Numbered from the whole stretch's first letter, positions 27,324 to 40,781 are shown. The stretch: 63,242 bases of DNA, filler included, from Octopus bimaculoides (GCF_001194135.2; 6 parts of 6 records of this genome joined end to end with filler, not necessarily neighbours in it), one strand, 5' to 3'. The notes: generated by a model from the letters alone, not told the origin. Translations and numbers: made by a program.

Positions 27324-27474
27324 TGATATGAAAATCTACAGAAAATAAAGAACCCCAACATGGCCACAGCTGTAAGCTGAAACTAGAAAAAAATATGTAT
27401 GTATACATGTACATGTATATATATATGTGTGTGTGTGTTTGTGTGTGTGTGTGTATGTGTGTGTGTATATATAT

Positions 27475-27631
27475 ATTAGAAAAAATAATGAGTTACTCAG
27501 ATATCGGGATGATTGTACATTTACAGATTTTTATTAATATGTCACATGTTTTTAAAAAACATGTGACATTAATAAAAATCTGTAAATGTACAACCATCCA
27601 GATATCTGAGTATCTTATTATTTTTTCTAAT
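27475..27631. repeat. 157-bp near-perfect palindrome
   Basis: Arms of about 77 bp centred on gtcacatgttttt/aaaaaacatgtgac. A third copy of the arm is at 26732-26805. Confidence 0.9.
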
Positions 27632-27949
27632 ATATAATTCCTGTACATCACCTTCAAACCTTCTAATATACATATATATATATATATATTATTATTATTA
27701 TTATTATTATTACAAATTTGAGATTTTACCAATAGGACCACAACTTCAATTTCAGGACTACCTTATTTTCTGGAGTACACTTAGGAAGTTACGTCCAAAA
27801 TACTAATCTAATAATATAATCATTTTAAAGCCTACTATAATGTTCAATAAAAAAAAGTACATTAGAATTAATTAAAAATTATTTAAACATATATTAAAAA
27901 ATATATATACCTTACCTGTTATTAGTCTGTGGGGAAAGAAGATAATTTT

Positions 27950-29760
27950 AATCAATGCTACAGGTGTTTCTGCCCTGGTGGTTTGATTTACCAGGCTATA
28001 CTATATTCATAAATCCACCAGTGTGGCGAGGAAATCCCTAATCAGATATAAAATAAACTATGGGCTAGGAAGAACACAAGGGGTTGCTTCTATATACCCA
28101 TGAGTGCCTCAGATTCGGCACAAATAGCAGATTTAGTAGGAATATACCTATTATCTGAAGTTGGGTTAGAACATCTTAACTTAGAAGGTGGTCTTTATAC
28201 TCCTGATAACGAAAAACTGCACTAATAGATCATTAGAAAATACAAAGAAAAATTTTTATAATTTTTTTAATAATTATGTTCTAGATATATGTATAGAGAA
28301 AGAGCATTCTGTGGTTAACTACCTGGATGTAAACCTAAAAACTTAGTAACCGATAGAACCCAACCATTCCATAAATTAAACTAGAACCTAAAGTACATTA
28401 ATGCCCATAGCAACCATCCTAGCTTAGATACTTTTAATAAACATGCCTCTTACTATAATAGAGCATTAAAAGAAGCAGGATATAATACGAAAATTAAATT
28501 CTATAATAATTATGGACCAAATAATAATACTATGATTCATCCTAACACTCACACTATAGAGGTAATAGCATAGATAATAATAAACAATATAAGGAAAGAA
28601 ATAAAGATAACTATAATATAAGTATAAATGATATTAATAAAAATGATCATAGTAAGGATAATACCAAAAAGAAATCAAATGGAAATAAGCATAATTATTA
28701 TATACCCATGAAGAATACAAAGACAAAGAACAATAATAATAAGATGAATTATAATAATAGTAATATTAATAATAAAAAACATAGGGAAATAATATGGTTA
28801 ATTATCCCATATGGGGTAAAATCAAAACTAACTTAATTAAAAAAATTCTGAAAATAATTAAAATATCCTTTAAAAAGAATTATGAGTATTCGAAAATATT
28901 CTCAAAAAAAAAAAAGAGTGGGATATTTGGCAACAAGAAACATTAGTAATATTATATCCTCTATAAAGAACGTCAAATTAAATAAATTCTATAATAACAA
29001 TTTAGTTAATATTAATAATAGCTATGGAAGAAATATAGCAAACAAAAAATGTGACCTTATACTAAATAAATGCACATGTAAAGATAAATCAAAATGTAGG
29101 CTTAATAATAATTGCAACCTAGATAATGTAATTTATAAATGTACTGTAATCTCTAATAATAATAAGAAGAAAAAAGAATATATAGGATCCACAGCGAATG
29201 AAATTAAAAGAAGAATTTCCCAGCATTATCAATCCTTTAAAAATCCCAAATTAAGTAATTCGACAGGTCTAAGTAAATATATATAGAAATTGAAATCTGA
29301 AAAAATAGAATATGCCCTGAATTGGAATATCATTAATAGAGCGAAGTCATATAGAGTAGGTAATAAAATGTGCTTGTTATGTACTACTGAGTTTATGAAA
29401 ATATTCAGCTGAAAGAAGTATTACTGAACAGTACAGAAGGGAGGGGAATAAAATGCCCACACAAAAATAGATTTACGTATAATGAAATGAAAAATATATG
29501 AAAAGACCCCCCCCCCCCCATATGTAATCTCTTAAACAATTATGATGAAGATAGTTAAATGTAGTTTTAATAGAACAATATAATAGTATTAGATATGGAT
29601 GTACCTAAAACCAAGAATAAATGTAAAGAATATTACCTTAAAAAGGACTAGACAGGCCAAATATTAAATAAAATAAATCTCTAAATCCTTAACACTAGAA
29701 AAAAAATCCAATTATACCTAAAGATCAGAGTATCTTATTATTATTTCACCTTGAATTCAA
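27950..29760 (+). mobile_element. Penelope-like retroelement (RT plus GIY-YIG endonuclease), degraded
   Basis: RT remnants include PMSASDSAQIADLVGIYLL, VNYLDVNL, YINAHSNHP and YYNRALKEAGY. The endonuclease part reads CTCKDKSKCRLNNNCNLDNVIYKCTV...EYIGSTANEIKRRISQHYQSF..NSTGLSKYI, followed by RAKSY..CLLC. Confidence 0.85.
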
Positions 29761-29879
29761 CTTCTCAAATGATATTAGTCTTAAAGAATTCTTTTAGAAT
29801 AGTTTATTTTATTCCCATAATACTTACCACAAGACAGATGGTGCAGCCATTTGCACAGGTTAAAGAAGGAGTAAACATG

Positions 29880-30125
29880 CTGATAAATCTTAAACCCCCT
29901 TTGAACTTGGCCGTTGCCAGTACCACTTGACTGGTCCTCGTGCCGATGGCATGTCAAAGCACCCACTACACACTCGGAGTGGTTGCTGTTAGGAAGGGCA
30001 TCCAGTTGAAGAAACTTTGCCAAATCAGATTGGATCCTGGTGCAGCCATCTGGTTCGCCAGTCCTCACTCAAATCATCCAACCCATGCCAGCATGGAAAG
30101 CGGACGTTAAATGATGATGATGATG
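29880..30125 (+). mobile_element. SINE-like family C
   Basis: It ends catgccagcatggaaagcggacgttaaatgatgatga. Another copy is at 62060-62232. Confidence 0.75.
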
Positions 30126-31759
30126 AAGTATTCATCCTTTATTAATTGTGGTAAACAGTTTCTTTTACTATTTTTATTCAATAAATTTATAACATGTATA
30201 GAGATTTTTTTTTACTTTTTAAATATTATTAACTTACGTTTGACATAATAATGGTAATATATACTAGTATTGGTAGGGGTAAATTTCACAATAAATTATT
30301 AATACCTGTAAAGTTTATATAGAAAGGTGGTTTAATTTGACATGGTTATAAAATAGTCGATGAGGGTTTCTTTATGTTTAGCAATTTATATATATATATA
30401 TATATATGTATGTTTAGCAATTTATATATATATATATATATATGTATGTTTAGCAATTTATATATATATATATATATATTTTTTTTTTTTTTCGGTGTTT
30501 AATTTAATTAAATCTTTTGAAATTTTTTAAGTTTATAATTTTTTAATTTTTAAAATCTTTTAAATTTTGTAAAAATATATTAGGAAGTTATATGTATATA
30601 TTTTTTAATTTTTATTCTTATTTTTAATGAAGATATCTTAGAATTTGTATGATTAAGTTGGATCCGTTAATGATAATAATAAAAAGAAAAATAGCCTGAG
30701 GATACACTGGTGGATTTATGTATTAGGTATAGCCTGGTAAAACAAACCATTAAACTAGTACATAATTATCATGTTCTCTATTAATTTTTTAGCCTGCCAT
30801 AATACTCTTTGTTGATTCCAATCATTCATTTTATCAGTTTCTTAAACCTTGATGAGTCCATCATTATAACCCATGTAAATCCTATGTATCAATTTTTCAT
30901 AGTAGTTATAAAATAAATTTTATCTCTTATGTGCCCTTTAAATAATATTAGATATATAAGTTTTTAGTCCAATATATACATATAAAAATGTTCACATCTT
31001 ATCTATGGTGCTTTATATTGGTGTAAATAAGTATAACTGTACTTTACGAAAGCTTTTTAAATTAATACTACTTCATGGTTTTTGCATACTAAATGTATTG
31101 ACTAGTTACATTACTATACACTTTTTCTTTTTATTTCTTATTTCATTATTAATTTATTAATTTATAATTAGCTTTTATTTATACACATATTAATTAAGCA
31201 AATATTGGTATCTCAAATTTTCCAAACTTAGCCTATGTAAAACAATACTGATACATTATTCTGATTAATGAAAATTATGAATAAACATATACTGTATCTG
31301 TACACATATAGCAACTTTATTTTATATACTTTTGACCTAGGTGCCTTATGTTAAACTTCCCCTACTACATTATAAACTGGTCTGCTAGGAGAGAAAACCC
31401 CCCAACCTATAATAGTGTGTCACCAAAACCAAAAGAATCTTTATAACCATATCCATGTATATTGTTTACCCCTTCCCTTTCCTTATAAGGAAAAGGCTGG
31501 TGCTCTCTTAAGTTCTAAATCACTAGGTCTGATAAGATGAAACAAAAAAAAACAAACAAATAAAATCAGTGACAGTTAAAATTTACTTGAAATTAATTAC
31601 TAGCCTGTATGGTGTGGCTATGTCAAAATGGTTTTCTTTTGTATCCTTCCTTTCAACGTCTTTATTTTCCTCTTTTTTTTATGTATACAAAATGTTTGTT
31701 GATTTCTTTGGGTTTGTATGTGGGTGATGCTGTCATGTGAGTTATGTGTTGATGTATGC

Positions 31760-33330
31760 ATTTCATTTAAGAAGATGGGTAGTTTAAGAATTGGGACTTA
31801 CCCGAAAAATTTGCACAAACCTTGCGGGCCATCGAACAGTTCTTCCCGATTTGGTGTGCCAGGGTTGTGCAGAATCTGTGGTGTCTGCTGGAGTTGGTGA
31901 GTCCATTTTAGGAACAGAGGGTGACTGAATGTAAGTTGTCCTCGATGAAGGCGTTTTTTAAACGATCAATCGATACCGTATTTTGTTTACCTCCCATATC
32001 GAGAACGAAATACTTGGGTTCTCATCTGATAACTTTGTAGGGTCCGGAATATGGTGGCCGAAGTTGTGATGGTATTCCATCATTCCTCACGTAAACACGA
32101 GTCCAAATGCTGATGTCTTTTTGGACATGTGAAACGACGTTCTGTTGTCTGGGGGCTGCAGGTGACAAATGCGACATGGATGTCCGTAATCGATGCACAT
32201 ATTGTGCTGGGTCAGGAAGGTTTTGTGATGAGACAGGTTCACTCATCTGCCCAGGTAAGATGAGTTCAGCCAGAGTATATCCAAGTTCCTCCTTAACTGT
32301 GGATCGAATACCAAGGAGGATGAGGGGGAGATGTTCCAGCCAGTGAGAACTGTCTGAAGATGCTTTTATGGATGCCTTTAGTTGGCGGTGAATCAGAGTG
32401 CAAGGGCATATACATGAGGGCAAGAGAACATCCTACAGCTGAGAAATAAGCTGAGGTGAGTGAGTGTGTGCATTCTCTATCCATGATATCAGCAAAAGAT
32501 TTTTTTGTAGGATTGCATTTTGTGCAAAAATGCCTTGAAAGTGGTACATAATTGAAATGTGTCTGGTGTTGTTGTCGTAGGCATTTGCTAAGATTAGCCA
32601 CAACGACATCAGTGTGGCATGCTGGTGCATTGCGTAGGACAAGCAGTTTTCTCTATTAACTTTGTGACTCACCTCGGGTCGAACAGAGGCAAGTAGTGTC
32701 TGACAAGGGCACAGAGAGCATGAGCGGACATTCGACATACACAGAGTCGGGAAAAAGAGCTGAGCGGGCACAGACATGAAAAAATTATTCTAAAGGTACT
32801 ATATTGTGGTGTGTTTCTGCGCCCGTGTTCCGTACTTTCGGTGGTACCAACACGTGTCATGTGATTTGCAGGTAGCCCTGAGGCTTCGGTACCATCTACT
32901 ATATCGATGCAAGCGGCTGCTGCTTTGACGCTGGATACCATGTGATAGGGCTTGTATCAGGTCTGTCAGGGCCTGTATCTGTGAAGCCCGCCCAGTGACC
33001 AGTGCACACAAGCTGGAAATTTCCGAATCACTGGACGACGAAAGGAAAGGGTTGATGGAAGGAATCACTGCCTGGAATGCCATGTTAATAGGAGGTATGT
33101 TCACCACTGGATTCTGATCTGGGGGAGCCATTGTGTTTGCAGGAATTCTCAGTTGTTTCGTTACCGGGTGATGTGTAAATGTGATTCTTCGATGAGATCA
33201 GGAAGCGTAGTGTCGAAATGGAAAGTTCAACCGCATTACAAAATTGTTTGCATTTTTCTAAATGCAGTTCGGTTGGTTAAGCTGGTTCAAGGGAAGGCTG
33301 CAATTCATTGATGGGGTCACCAAATATAGT
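31760..33330 (-). mobile_element. Gypsy LTR-retrotransposon remnant (gag knuckle and integrase C-terminus)
   Basis: gag CWYHRKYG (32799-33131) and integrase HRQLKAS..WLEHLPLILLGIRS..LRPPYSGPYKVIR (32022-32423). Confidence 0.8.
33313..33322 (-). promoter_or_regulatory. Primer-binding site (tRNA-Trp type) of the Gypsy remnant
   Basis: TGGTGACCCC on the minus strand, just upstream of the gag fragment. Confidence 0.6.
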
Positions 33331-34290
33331 GGTTAAATGTGTATCATGGAAAACAGATGCAAAAGGAATGTGTATACCTTTGAAGTAAACAAATGAGTGA
33401 ATGGATTCATAATTAAAATAATTTATTCACTGGACTTAATTTGTTGTTGGTACACATAATTCTTCACAACATGCAAAATGTTGACAACTGCTACGAGTTG
33501 CTAGAAATAGAAACAGGGTACATCTGTAGAAGTGATATATCACAAATGAATATATGTTTACGTGTGTGTGTGTGGAGTTCAACTGAGGCAATAATCTACC
33601 ATGGAACTTTGAACATTGCTCTGGTCTCTGAGAAAAGCTGTCATGTAGTAGACGTTCCTCGTTTGGCTGCCTAGGGCCTTCTCTATTTTTCGTCTTGTTG
33701 ACCACTGAATTTATAAGAATCGTGGCAGCTAGAAGGACAGACATACTGCAACAGAGTTTGTACCTAAATAGGTCAGCTCCCGTCCATTTGAACTTCGCCT
33801 GAAATGGCCTTAGGTCAAAGGTTAAAGGGAGATGATCAATCACTTTTTGACAGGACAAAAAAACCCTGTTTTCGTGCCTGTTGATCGTGGTAGTTTGGAT
33901 GACTGAGAATTCTTAGATTCGGTTTTGAATCTAGGCTTGGAGAAGGAAGTTTTAATTTTTACACACACACACACACACATATACACTCTTATGTATCTGT
34001 GTGTGCATTTCTTTTGTCTGTGTTTGTCCCTCACCACTGACAAGTGATGTTAATGTGTTTATGGCACTGTAACTTGGCAGCTTGTCAAAGGTGACCAATA
34101 ACAGAAGTTTGAGGCTTTAAAATAATAAATCCCGGGGTCAATTCACTCAACTAAAACATTTAAATGTAGTGCCACAGCATGGTCACAGTCAAATGATTGA
34201 AACAAATAAAAAATTATATATATATATANNNNNNNNNNTTTGTGTATGTGTAAATGTCCTATTTGACTGTGTTTTCTACTTATATTTCAG

Positions 34291-34536
34291 ATGTTAACAA
34301 AACGTTCTCTATCACTTTGGTCAAAATTCAGGAAGTACATCCATAATTCTTGGAACCTTATTGATGTTATAACTATTGTATTGTTCATCATTGGATACAT
34401 TCTTCGATTCCTGGATCTGGAGGAGACTGCGAGAGTGATATTTTGTTTAAATTTGATCTTTTTTTACATCCGGTTTCTTCATATGTTCTCAATTGACAAA
34501 AATCTTGGACCAAAACTTGTAATGATTAAGGAAATG
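34291..34536 (+). CDS. Internal exon of a TRPM-family cation channel (transmembrane helices through the S4-S5 linker)
   Basis: ttttctacttatatttcag|ATG...GAAATG|gtaagt, 246 nt, phase 0 at both ends. It contains WNLIDVITIVLFIIGYILRF...ARVIFCLNLIFFYIRFLHMFSIDKNLGPKLVMIKEM, the typical TRPM pattern WN..D...LR...LGPK..M..M. No other exons were found on this scaffold. Confidence 0.88.
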
Positions 34537-34847
34537 GTAAGTTGTGAGACTGAATTTTTTTCAACTCTGTAAATCAGTTGTACCCTCTCCATCTGCAGCC
34601 TACATCTATGACTCCCTCATTTCTCTTTCATGGTCCTCTCATTTATCTGATCCTGTCAAAGTATTAAACCCATGTTAACATGGGAAACAGTTATTACTTG
34701 ATAATGCAGTCAAGAAAATAAACCATTATTTTCCAGTTTTATTAGTGTATTCTTCCATAATTTTATAGGTACTAGATAGTAATGAGAACAAAGAACTGAG
34801 ACACGAAAAGAAATGATAATAACTGTATCATGAAAAAGATAATTACA

Positions 34848-34947
34848 NNNNNNNNNNNNNNNNNNNNNNNNNNNNNNNNNNNNNNNNNNNNTTAATTAAT
34901 TAANNNNNNNNNNNNNNNNNNNNNNNNNNNNNNNNNNNNNNNNNNNN
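34848..34947. other. Artificial scaffold-join spacer
   Basis: 44 N + TTAATTAATTAA (34892-34903) + 44 N. Confidence 0.95.
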
Positions 34948-34949
34948 AT

Positions 34950-35044
34950 ACATATATATGTATACTAGACCGATCAAAGCTTTGTAGGTGGATTTTATAT
35001 ACGGAAACTGAACTAAGAATGTCGTATATATGTTTACATTTGTT

Positions 35045-35075
<31 letters not shown>

Positions 35076-35260
35076 ACCCAACCATCACTTGACGAACAAT
35101 TATGCTGTGTTCAGGTCCCCATAACCTGGCGGTTCGGCAAAAGACAGCAATGGAATAAGTGGTAGGCTTACAAAGAATATATCTTAAAGTCGATTTGTTA
35201 GACTAAAGGCGATGCTGCAGCATGGCCGCAGTCACATGACTGAAACAAGTAAAACAATAA
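34950..35260 (+). mobile_element. SINE family A, 5'-truncated
   Basis: Core and tail are recognisable. Similar partial copies lie at 33990-34210, 26090-26300, 60860-60955 and 63050-63135. Confidence 0.7.
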
Positions 35261-35859
35261 AAAAAACTGTGCCCTTTTAATCCCAACCAACGCTGTGTAT
35301 CTTTGCTTGTTTTAATATTAGTTTCCCTCAGCTTTATAAACAACTTACCTAAATATTTATTTGATCTGCTCAGTCATATGATACTCTTTTTCACTGTAAT
35401 GCACTCTACAATCTGTATTTGTTTAACCAGTATTACCCTAATTATATTCACATATTATCCATTACCCACTAAAACAACCTGTAACCCCCTCATATACTAT
35501 TAGCCACAAAATAAATTCAGTCTGCTGGGATGATTCTGATATACAACACTTTAAATCCTAACAGTGTATCTTTTTTTCTGGAGAGATTTTGCCCAATATA
35601 ATTATTTTAATATTTGCTATTTAATCTATTAGGCTTAATTGAAACAGCTGTAAGGGACTATGTTTGATTTTTGCAGATTATAATATTTTATTAAAAGTTA
35701 TATTTCCATTTCCCTACTTTCTTTATCATGATTTATATATAAACCTATTGTTTTATGAATAATTTTCGGTTTATATGAATTTTGAATGGTAAAATATATT
35801 TTATCATAGTATATTTCTCAGTTCACTCACACACACAGACACAAACATACGCGCGCGCG

Positions 35860-35890
<31 letters not shown>

Positions 35891-35893
35891 CTA

Positions 35894-36270
35894 CACGAGG
35901 GGATAACCAAAAGAAACCGAAATTTTGCAATATTATTTTATTCACTTAGTTTTATATCTTTACACTTATCGTCTTCAAAGAATTCTCCATTTCAAGCAAT
36001 TCATAGATCCAGACATGTTTTCCATTGTTCGAAGCAGCAGTGCTGGATCTCTTCCAATGTGATGCCTCTTCCTGCATCCGTTAATTTTTTTATTCACCTG
36101 CTCTACATCTGAAAATTACGTAGCACCAGCTTTCTGCACCAGTGATGACCTTCGAAAAAACTTTTCTTTCAGTTCACAACACACATTCAAACGTGACTGC
36201 TTCTGTCGTGAGCGAGTGAGATAAACATTTTGATGTAACTCTTTTCATTCGCAATTCTTCGCTCAAAATG
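35894..36270 (-). mobile_element. Internally deleted mariner remnant including one terminus
   Basis: Terminus ta|cacgaggggataaccaaaag. The minus strand gives ILSEELRMKRVTSK, KFFSKVITG and EEIQHCCFEQWKTCLD..NGEFFEDD. Confidence 0.7.
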
Positions 36271-36569
36271 GACTGAGGCTATAGTAGAAGACTATTCCAG
36301 AAGGTGCCATGCATTGCGGAGCAAACCACTTGCCATACAGTCACACCTGCATCTTTGATATTTAGATTACTTTAAACCATTTTTAAAAACCTCTGTCAGT
36401 ATGAACGACATTACAGACCCGTAAATTACTTGATATATGTCCCAGCTATACTTTATTTCATCAGATAAAATATGGTCCAAGATGAATCGAGGTTATGTGT
36501 GACATGGATTACACTGTGTAACAAAGATGTTTTATTATCTTTGGTCAGTACTTGTTATTTCCTGTTTAC

Positions 36570-37027
36570 TTGTATCTAAAAATCAAAATCGTTTTGAAAC
36601 CAAAGATGGTCGTTTTTCTTCTAGCACTGACTTAAGCCACTGAAGCTGCTCGCACTAGATCTCCGTTGTTATCGTTTGGTTTGAGTTTAAAAGTTCAAAG
36701 TGGATAAACCTTTCATATCTCACCAAACAGATATCAGCAGCTTACGTGACTGAAGACCTTTAGCCTGGGGTGCCCGTGTTTCTCCTTTCCCAACCACTGT
36801 CTTCAGTGCTTGACATTTTTATAGAGAACCCATTTCTCGTCACCACTCAAAATTTGGCCCAAAACAGGTTCGTTTGTGAGACGTGACAGCAAAGAAAATC
36901 ATGATCCAAATGAGTCCAAATGCCAAACTATATAGCCTTTAGCTGTTTTCGTATGTCTAAATTCTTTATCCGTTCACCCGACTACTTTGCTTTCTGTTGT
37001 ATTTTCAGTGTCATTGGTGGTTTATCA
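36570..37027 (-). mobile_element. Mariner transposase remnant
   Basis: ILSGDEKWVLYKNVK..W, ISVW*DMKG, NQTITTEI..EQL..LEEKRPSL. It runs into a gap. Confidence 0.8.
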
Positions 37028-38562
37028 AGGGGATTTAACAGATCGGANNNNNNNNNNNNNNNNNNNNNNNNNNNNNNNNNNNNNNNNNNNNNNNNNNNNN
37101 NNNNNNNNNNNNNNNNNNNNNNNNNNNNNNNNNNNNNNNNNNNNNNNNNNNNNNNNNNNNNNNNNNNNNNNNNNNNNNNNNNNNNNNNNNNNNNNNNNNN
37201 NNNNNNNNNNNNNNNNNNNNNNNNNNNNNNNNNNNNNNNNNNNNNNNNNNNNNNNNNNNNNNNNNNNNNNNNNNNNNNNNNNNNNNNNNNNNNNNNNNNN
37301 NNNNNNNNNNNNNNNNNNNNNNNNNNNNNNNNNNNNNNNNNNNNNNNNNNNNNNNNNNNNNNNNNNNNNNNNNNNNNNNNNNNNNNNNNNNNNNNNNNNN
37401 NNNNNNNNNNNNNNNNNNNNNNNNNNNNNNNNNNNNNNNNNNNNNNNNNNNNNNNNNNNNNNNNNNNNNNNNNNNNNNNNNNNNNNNNNNNNNNNNNNNN
37501 NNNNNNNNNNNNNNNNNNNNNNNNNNNNNNNNNNNNNNNNNNNNNNNNNNNNNNNNNNNNNNNNNNNNNNNNNNNNNNNNNNNNNNNNNNNNNNNNNNNN
37601 NNNNNNNNNNNNNNNNNNNNNNNNNNNNNNNNNNNNNNNNNNNNNNNNNNNNNNNNNNNNNNNNNNNNNNNNNNNNNNNNNNNNNNNNNNNNNNNNNNNN
37701 NNNNNNNNNNAGGAAAAAATATTAAGCTTCCGGGGGACGTAAATCTCAAATGGGAAATGTGGTGTAAAAAAAAGAATATCTATTCACTTCCAACGGAATT
37801 CAATCTCAAAAGGGAAAATGTTGTAGTGATATATATATTACCACGCCTTTGTGAGTAAAAGGTGGATTTGACCAACTGCTATAAAAGATAAGGCCTTGTG
37901 CCTAAAATAGAAAAGAATAAATGTCCTCTCTATTTCTTGTATCTATTCAGCTACTAATATCGGTAAGGAAAGACTAGGCAATGAATCGATGAACAGGTAC
38001 TTCAGGGATACGTCTCATACCAGTAGAAAGTTATGCATTAGTACACATACGGCAATTTGGAGAATGCTAACGAGTATTATTAACAGTAATCTCTGCTGGA
38101 CCTGCGATAAACGTGTCACATTTCAGCCGGAAGGCCGTTGCTGAATATTTCTCGTTGTGAGATTTAAAAATAACGATTCTTCATTGTGTCATATTTCTTT
38201 TGAAGGCATCACATATGGTATTAAGAGCTGCTGAAAAATGTCAAGGTACTTCAGCATCATGCGTAACGACATTGTCGCCAAAACAATATACAATGCAATG
38301 CAGAAAGAAAACATCCTCTGCCACGTATGGAGAAACCCCTGTTTATTGAATGCATACATAGACACCAGTACAAGGAATACTGGTGGAAAATTAGCATAAA
38401 AAAATCTGCCAGTTTTAAGATAACGTGCCAAGCTCTAAACATAAAGCCGGACGAAATGCCTCTAAGTATTTTATCCAGAGTGCTAACGATTCTGCCAGCT
38501 TCCTCGCATTGTCAATACTAAATTAATTACATTTATAAGAGATGTAAAAATGTAGGTCTTAC

Positions 38563-38623
38563 CTGTCAGTTACATTACTCAAACTTACATAATCTCCTAT
38601 ACGTTGATGGAAAGGAGCGACAT
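38563..38623 (-). CDS. Cys-rich precursor gene, copy 1: middle exon (YVAPFHQRIGDYVSLSNVTD)
   Basis: It has the same acceptor as copy 2 (gtattttaatatctctttcag) and the donor GACAG|gtaaga. The exon is 61 nt (55+6), phase 1 to phase 2, with no stop codon. The last exon of this copy is not visible. Confidence 0.75.
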
Positions 38624-39584
38624 CTGAAAGAGATATTAAAATACATATGGAAGCATTGGATGTCTATTTACCACAGTTTTGTGTAGAAATACACAGAATA
38701 CTCAGGAAGCACTCAACAGATAATTCATTGAATAGAGGAGAATGTATTTAAGATAACACCATCTGAAACAAGATGGAGGATCATGAAGACTGGAACTCAG
38801 CGTTTCCTCACTCAGACACTTAATATGGCTGATCTCTGTTGTGATGGATATTTTTAATACATAAAGGAGGGGATAAAAACCAATGGAGCAATAAAAAGGA
38901 ATGACTAGAAAAAACAAACAAAAAACACATGAAACATTATATATAGCACTTGCTGATTCTATTCTGTAATTATTTTAGTAATTAAGAATCCTTAAAGCAG
39001 CAGCGAACTGGCAGAATCATTAGCTCGATGTTGACTTGTCTACGTACTCGTAAGCTAGGGACCAATAAGAAGAAGTACCAGACTTAAAAATGAGAAGTAC
39101 TTGGATCGATTTGTTCCACCACCAAATACTTAAATATAGGAATAAAACGAAAGCTGTAACGATGTTCAAAATTCTACCACCACAACCGACTGGAAAAGAA
39201 ACAAATCTGTTATGTGGTGAATGCGCATGGCCTAGTGGTTAGGGTGTTGTACTCACAATGGTGAGATATTATTTTCAATTCCTAGACCTGGTGGTGCGTA
39301 GTGTTCTTAAGCAAAGCAATTCGTCTCACGTTGCTTTGCAATCACATCGACACATGACTCGTTCATGTCTCGTCGATTTAATGGAGAGAGTGAGATAATA
39401 TAAAGAACATACATTTATTTGAACATGATAGACAAATAGTTTTGTGCAAGGCGTTCGGTGAGACCTGAAGGCTCGTACATCGTCTTCGACGGGAGGATCC
39501 CCCATATGGAGAAATGATTGACTACAAAGGGATTCTTAAACAACAGCTACTAATACACAAAACAATATATTCTTCTCTCCTCTA

Positions 39585-39785
39585 GGCCCCAGGCCCGAAA
39601 TCTTTTGGGAGGGGGCTAGTCGATTAGATCGACCTCAGTACGTAACTGGTATTTAATTTATCGACCCAGAAAGGATGAAAGGCAAAGTCGACCTCGGCAG
39701 AATTTGAACTCAGAACGTAAAGACAGACGAAATACCGCTAAGCATTTCGTCCGGCGTGCTAACGATTCTGCCAGCTCGCCGCCTT
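39585..39785 (-). mobile_element. SINE family B, well-preserved
   Basis: Reverse complement of aaggcggcgagctggcagaatcgttagcacgcc...gagttcaaattc...gtcgactttgcctttcatcc. Other minus-strand copies lie at 42330-42478 and 62555-62700. Confidence 0.85.
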
Positions 39786-40109
39786 ACAAAACAATATATT
39801 AGATGGTTATTGGCAGAAATGATTATAACAACTAGTTCTATAAATCGTGAAAAGTAGAAAACATATGAGTTACTATAAAACTAAGGAATGTCTTTCTGCG
39901 GTACACAAAACGTATTAAAGTGAGTGCAAGGACAGAGTAAACAGTTGGATCTTATACACATTATGTCTGTCAAAGACAGCTGGAAGTTTCCATAACGAAA
40001 TCGACTATTATCAAATGTTAACTGGATCTTGACTGTCTTTGAATAAACCCACAACTGCAATAAATGTTTTTAGAAGGATCCAGACTTACGGCACCGGCTG
40101 AAAACCGAG

Positions 40110-40385
40110 TGTCACCGCCCGTAAAGCCAATGAAAGAAAATTCAATAATGATGCTATTAGACAAACATTTCCCAGTAGGGCATAAATATAAGAAATTATT
40201 CAATAAACATTCTGTTAAACTATCATAAAAGATATTATAAACCTCAACAGCCATCAAGAGGTGAGCGGCGGCTGTAATTTCCGTAAGGCGGAGTGCTGCC
40301 CATTGGATCAACAATGTTTAACAAAATACATTGTATACGAAGCAGAAGTCCCAGCACACAACGGAAATTCAAACACATATCACTG
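40110..40385 (+). mobile_element. Penelope-like fragment (linker and start of GIY-YIG)
   Basis: LLDKHFPVGHKYKKLFNKHSVKLS ... CNFRKAECCPLDQQCLTKYIVYEAEV. Confidence 0.7.
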
Positions 40386-40717
40386 CTAATACCAGTAGTG
40401 GCGGTACCAACACCATTCTGCTTTGATATAGGAGTAACAGATTAGATCGTACCACCTGAATTCTTCCCAATTTCTATATGAAAGATTAGTCAAAGTGTTA
40501 ATTAAATGTTATATGTTTTATAGAAGAAGCGTACTTCCGTATACATGGTCTAAGCGTATTATATAAGAAGAGAGTTATTTATTTGAAAGCTCTAATTGCA
40601 TATAAATCTGCTGAATTAGCGTTATTCCTTTCTCCCCTTTCCACCTTTCTATTTCCCCCTTTTCTTCACTACATTTCAGATGACTATAAATTGAAAGAAA
40701 TTTCTAATTCTACTTAC

Positions 40718-40781
40718 ATTGTTTATCCGAGAAGGTGTATGAGATGAATACACAAAACAATAGGACACTGATTCCCTTCAT
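40718..40781 (-). CDS. Cys-rich precursor gene, copy 1: signal-peptide exon (MKGISVLLFCVFISYTFSDKQ)
   Basis: tatatttctctatcctcag|GTGCGTT ATG ... AAA CAA T|gtaagt, phase 1. It differs from copy 2 by 4 substitutions and one in-frame 3-nt indel. Confidence 0.8.

Noticed and set aside
34291-34572. TRPM ORF as a complete small protein starting at Met
   Set aside because: The ATG directly follows a splice acceptor and similarity ends at the gtaagt donor (34537), so it is an internal exon.
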